NCBI GenBank assembly: GCA_964016885.1
Contig: OZ024744.1
Coordinates: forward strand, 130,696,001 to 130,760,000
Source of the DNA: Eledone cirrhosa
Taxonomy: Eukaryota
Direction of reading: 5' to 3'
DNA length: 64,000 nucleotides
The notes under the pieces were generated by a model that saw nothing but the letters and a program-made list of their open reading frames with translations, searched no databases and had not been told where the DNA came from. Made by a program: the position numbers and the translations under genes. Of the stretch, positions 61,262 to 64,000 are shown piece by piece; position 1 is the first letter of the stretch, and each line of letters opens with the position of its first letter.

Positions 61262-62841
61262 AGTCGGGGTTAAGTTAAGTTGGCGTTAAGTTAAGTTGGC
61301 GTTAAGTTAAGTTAGGCTTAACTTAAGTTGGGGTTCAGTTAAGTTGGGGGTAAGTTAAGTTGGGGGTAAGTTAAGTTGGGGGTAAGTTAAGTTGGGGTTA
61401 AGTTAAGTTGCGGTTAAGTTGGGGTTAAGTTAAGTTAGGGTTAAGTTAAGTTGGGGTTGAGTTAAGTTGGGGTTAATTAAGTGGTGGTTATGTTAAGTTG
61501 GGGTTAAGTTAAGTTGGGGTTAATTTAAATTGGGGTTAAGTTAACTTTGTGGTTAAGTTAAGTTGGGGTTAAGTTAAGTTGGGGTAAAGTTGGGGTTGAG
61601 TTAAGTTGGGGTTGAGTGAAGTTGGGGTTAAGTTAAGTTGGGGTTAAGTTAAGTTGGGGTTAAGATAAGTCGGGGTTAAGTTAAGTTGTGGTTGAGTTAA
61701 GTTGGGGTTAATTTAAGTTGGGGCTAAGTTAATTTGTGGTTAAGTTAAGTTGGGGTTAAGTTAAGTTGGGGTTAAGTTAAGTTGGGGTTGAGTTAAGTTG
61801 GGGCTGAGTTAATTTGGGTTTAAGTTAAGTTGGGGTTAAGTTAAGTTGGGTTTAAGTTAAGTTGGGGTTAAATTAAGTTGGGGTTAAATTAAGTTGGGGT
61901 TAAGTTAAGTTGGGGGTAAGTTAAGTTGGGGGCAAGTTAAGTTGGGGTTAATTTAAGTTGGGGTTAAATTAAGTTGGGGTTACGTTAAGTTGGTGTTAAG
62001 TTAAGTTGGGGTTAATTTAAGTTGGGGTTAATTAAGTTGGGGTTAAGTTAAGTTGGGGTTAAGTTAAGTTGGGGTTAATTTAAGTTGGGGTTGAGTTAAG
62101 TTGGGGTTAAGTTAAGTTGGGGTTATATTAAGTTGGGGTTAAGTTAAGTTGGGGTTCAGTTAAGTTGGGGTTAAGTTAAGTTGGGGTTAAGTTAAGTTGA
62201 GGTTAAGTTAAGTTGGGGTTAAGTTAAGTTGGTGTTAAGTTAAGTTGGGGCTAAGTTAAGTTGGGGCTGAGTTAAGTTGGGGCTGAGTTAAGTTGGGGCT
62301 AAGTTAAGTTGGGGTTGAGTTAAGTTGGGGTTAAGTTAAGTTAGGTTTAAGTTAAGTTGGGGTTAAGTTAAGTTGGGGTTAAGTTAAGTTGGGGTTAAGT
62401 TAAGTTGGGGTTAAGTTAAGTTGGGGTTAAGTTAAATTGAGGTTAAGTTAAGTTGCAGTTAAGTTAAGTTGAGGTTAAGTTAAGGTGCGGTTAAGTTAAG
62501 TTGGGGTTGAGTTAAGTTGGGGCTAAGTTAAGTTGGGGCTAAGTTAAGTTGGGGCTAAGTTAAGTTGGGGTTAAGTTAAGTTGGGGTTAAGTTAAGTCGG
62601 GGTTAAGTTAAGTTGGGGTTAAGTTAAGTTGGGGTTAATTTAAGTTGGGGTTAAGTTAAGTTGGGGTTAAGTTAAGTTGGGTTTAAGTTAAGTTGGGGTT
62701 AAGTTAAGTTGGGGTTAAGTTAAGTTGGGGTTAAGTTAAGTTGGTTAGTTAAGTTGAGTTTAAGTTAAGTTGGGGTTAATTTAAGTTGGGGTTAAGTTAA
62801 GTTGGGGTTAAGTTAAGTTGGGGTTAAGTTAAGTTGGGGTT

Positions 62842-63016
62842 AACCCCAACTTAACTTAACCCCAACTTCACTCAACCCCAACGTAACTCAACCCCAACTT
62901 AACTTAACCCCAACTTCACTCAACCCCAACTTAACTTAACCCCAACTTCACTCAACCCCAACTTCCAACTTGACTTAACCCCAACTTAACTTAGCCCCAA
63001 CTTAACTTAAGCCCAA
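62842..63016 (-). repeat. Inverted satellite block 20, haplotype A
   Basis: Same sequence and junctions as block 1. Confidence 0.97.
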
Positions 63017-64000
63017 AGTCGGGGTTAAGTTAAGTTGGCGTTAAGTTAAGTTGGCGTTAAGTTAAGTTAGGCTTAACTTAAGTTGGGGTTCAGTTAAGTT
63101 GGGGGTAAGTTAAGTTGGGGGTAAGTTAAGTTGGGGGTAAGTTAAGTTGGGGTTAAGTTAAGTTGCGGTTAAGTTGGGGTTAAGTTAAGTTAGGGTTAAG
63201 TTAAGTTGGGGTTGAGTTAAGTTGGGGTTAATTAAGTGGTGGTTATGTTAAGTTGGGGTTAAGTTAAGTTGGGGTTAATTTAAATTGGGGTTAAGTTAAC
63301 TTTGTGGTTAAGTTAAGTTGGGGTTAAGTTAAGTTGGGGTAAAGTTGGGGTTGAGTTAAGTTGGGGTTGAGTGAAGTTGGGGTTAAGTTAAGTTGGGGTT
63401 AAGTTAAGTTGGGGTTAAGATAAGTCGGGGTTAAGTTAAGTTGTGGTTGAGTTAAGTTGGGGTTAATTTAAGTTGGGGCTAAGTTAATTTGTGGTTAAGT
63501 TAAGTTGGGGTTAAGTTAATTGGGGTTAAGTTAAGTTGGGGTTGAGTTAAGTTGGGGTTGAGTTAATTTGGGGTTAAGTTAAGTTGGGGTTAAGTTAAGT
63601 TGGGTTTAAGTTAAGTTGGGGTTAAATTAAGTTGGGGTTAAATTAAGTTGGGGTTAAGTTAAGTTGGGGGTAAGTTAAGTTGGGGGCAAGTTAAGTTGGG
63701 GTTAATTTAAGTTGGGGTTAAATTAAGTTGGGGTTACGTTAAGTTGGTGTTAAGTTAAGTTGGGGTTAATTTAAGTTGGGGTTAATTAAGTTGGGGTTAA
63801 GTTAAGTTGGGGTTAAGTTAAGTTGGGGTTAATTTAAGTTGGGGTTGAGTTAAGTTGGGGTTAAGTTAAGTTGGGGTTATATTAAGTTTGGGTTAAGTTA
63901 AGTTGGGGTTCAGTTAAGTTGGGGTTAAGTTAAGTTGGGGTTAAATTAAGTTGGGGCTAAGTTAAGTTGGGGCTGAGTTAAGTTGGGGCTGAGTTAAGTT

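Larger units (their letters stand above)
56047..63625 (+). repeat. ~3.7-3.8 kb higher-order tandem duplication (copy 1 ~56047-59880, copy 2 ~59881-63625), two A blocks per copy
   Basis: Private TTGAAG variant 56517/60351 (offset 3834); blocks 57408/61087 and 59163/62842 (offset 3679), implying a 155-bp loss in copy 2 near 60500. Confidence 0.87.
1..64000 (+). repeat. 16-bp tandem satellite / telomere-like array, consensus TTAAGTTAAGTTGGGG, ~4,000 monomers; runs off both window ends
   Basis: Motif read directly throughout. Recurrent variants include TTGAG, CTAAG, CTGAG, TTAAT, TTCAG, TCGGGG, TTGTGG and TTGGTG, plus 11-bp (TTAAGTTGGGG) and 15-bp monomers. The + strand is almost C-free outside the inverted blocks. 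Confidence 0.99.

Noticed and set aside
4650-63016. Inverted blocks as random sequencing fold-back chimeras
   Set aside because: The breakpoints are identical in 20 copies, there are two consistent haplotypes, and the block variants do not mirror the immediately upstream sequence as a read fold-back would. Raw-read confirmation is still advisable.
4650-63016. Site-specific invertible switch (phase variation / shufflon)
   Set aside because: No recombinase is present, and no copy of the block's full variant string was seen in forward orientation between the same flanks.
1-64000. Protein-coding ORFs on either strand
   Set aside because: Each 16-bp monomer has two TAA triplets on both strands, and the frame shifts by one per monomer, so all six frames close within a few tens of bases.
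1-64000. CRISPR array or other repeat-spacer system
   Set aside because: There are no unique spacers, leader or cas genes. All sequence is the same monomer in one orientation or the other.

Overview
The whole 64 kb window is one non-coding tandem array of a 16-bp G-rich monomer, consensus TTAAGTTAAGTTGGGG = (TTAAG)2-TTGGGG, about 4,000 copies. It looks like eukaryotic satellite or telomere-like DNA. I see no ORFs, RNA genes, transposons, CRISPR spacers or unique sequence. The array has internal structure. (1) It is interrupted 20 times by a 152-200 bp block of the same repeat in reverse orientation. Every block has the same left junction, a spacer-less fold-back palindrome (GGGGTT|AACCCC), and the same asymmetric right junction (AAGCCCAA|AGTCGGGG). 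The blocks form two haplotypes: A (175 bp, 14 copies) and B (200 bp, 5 copies, plus one 152-bp derivative). (2) Recurrent point variants act as barcodes and reveal nested tandem duplications of about 1.3, 3.7-3.8, 5.58, 7.4 and 11.7-11.8 kb. The simplest reading is one ancestral inversion amplified by recombination within a higher-order repeat array. The organism, chromosomal position and function cannot be determined from this window. All coordinates and alignments were done by eye.
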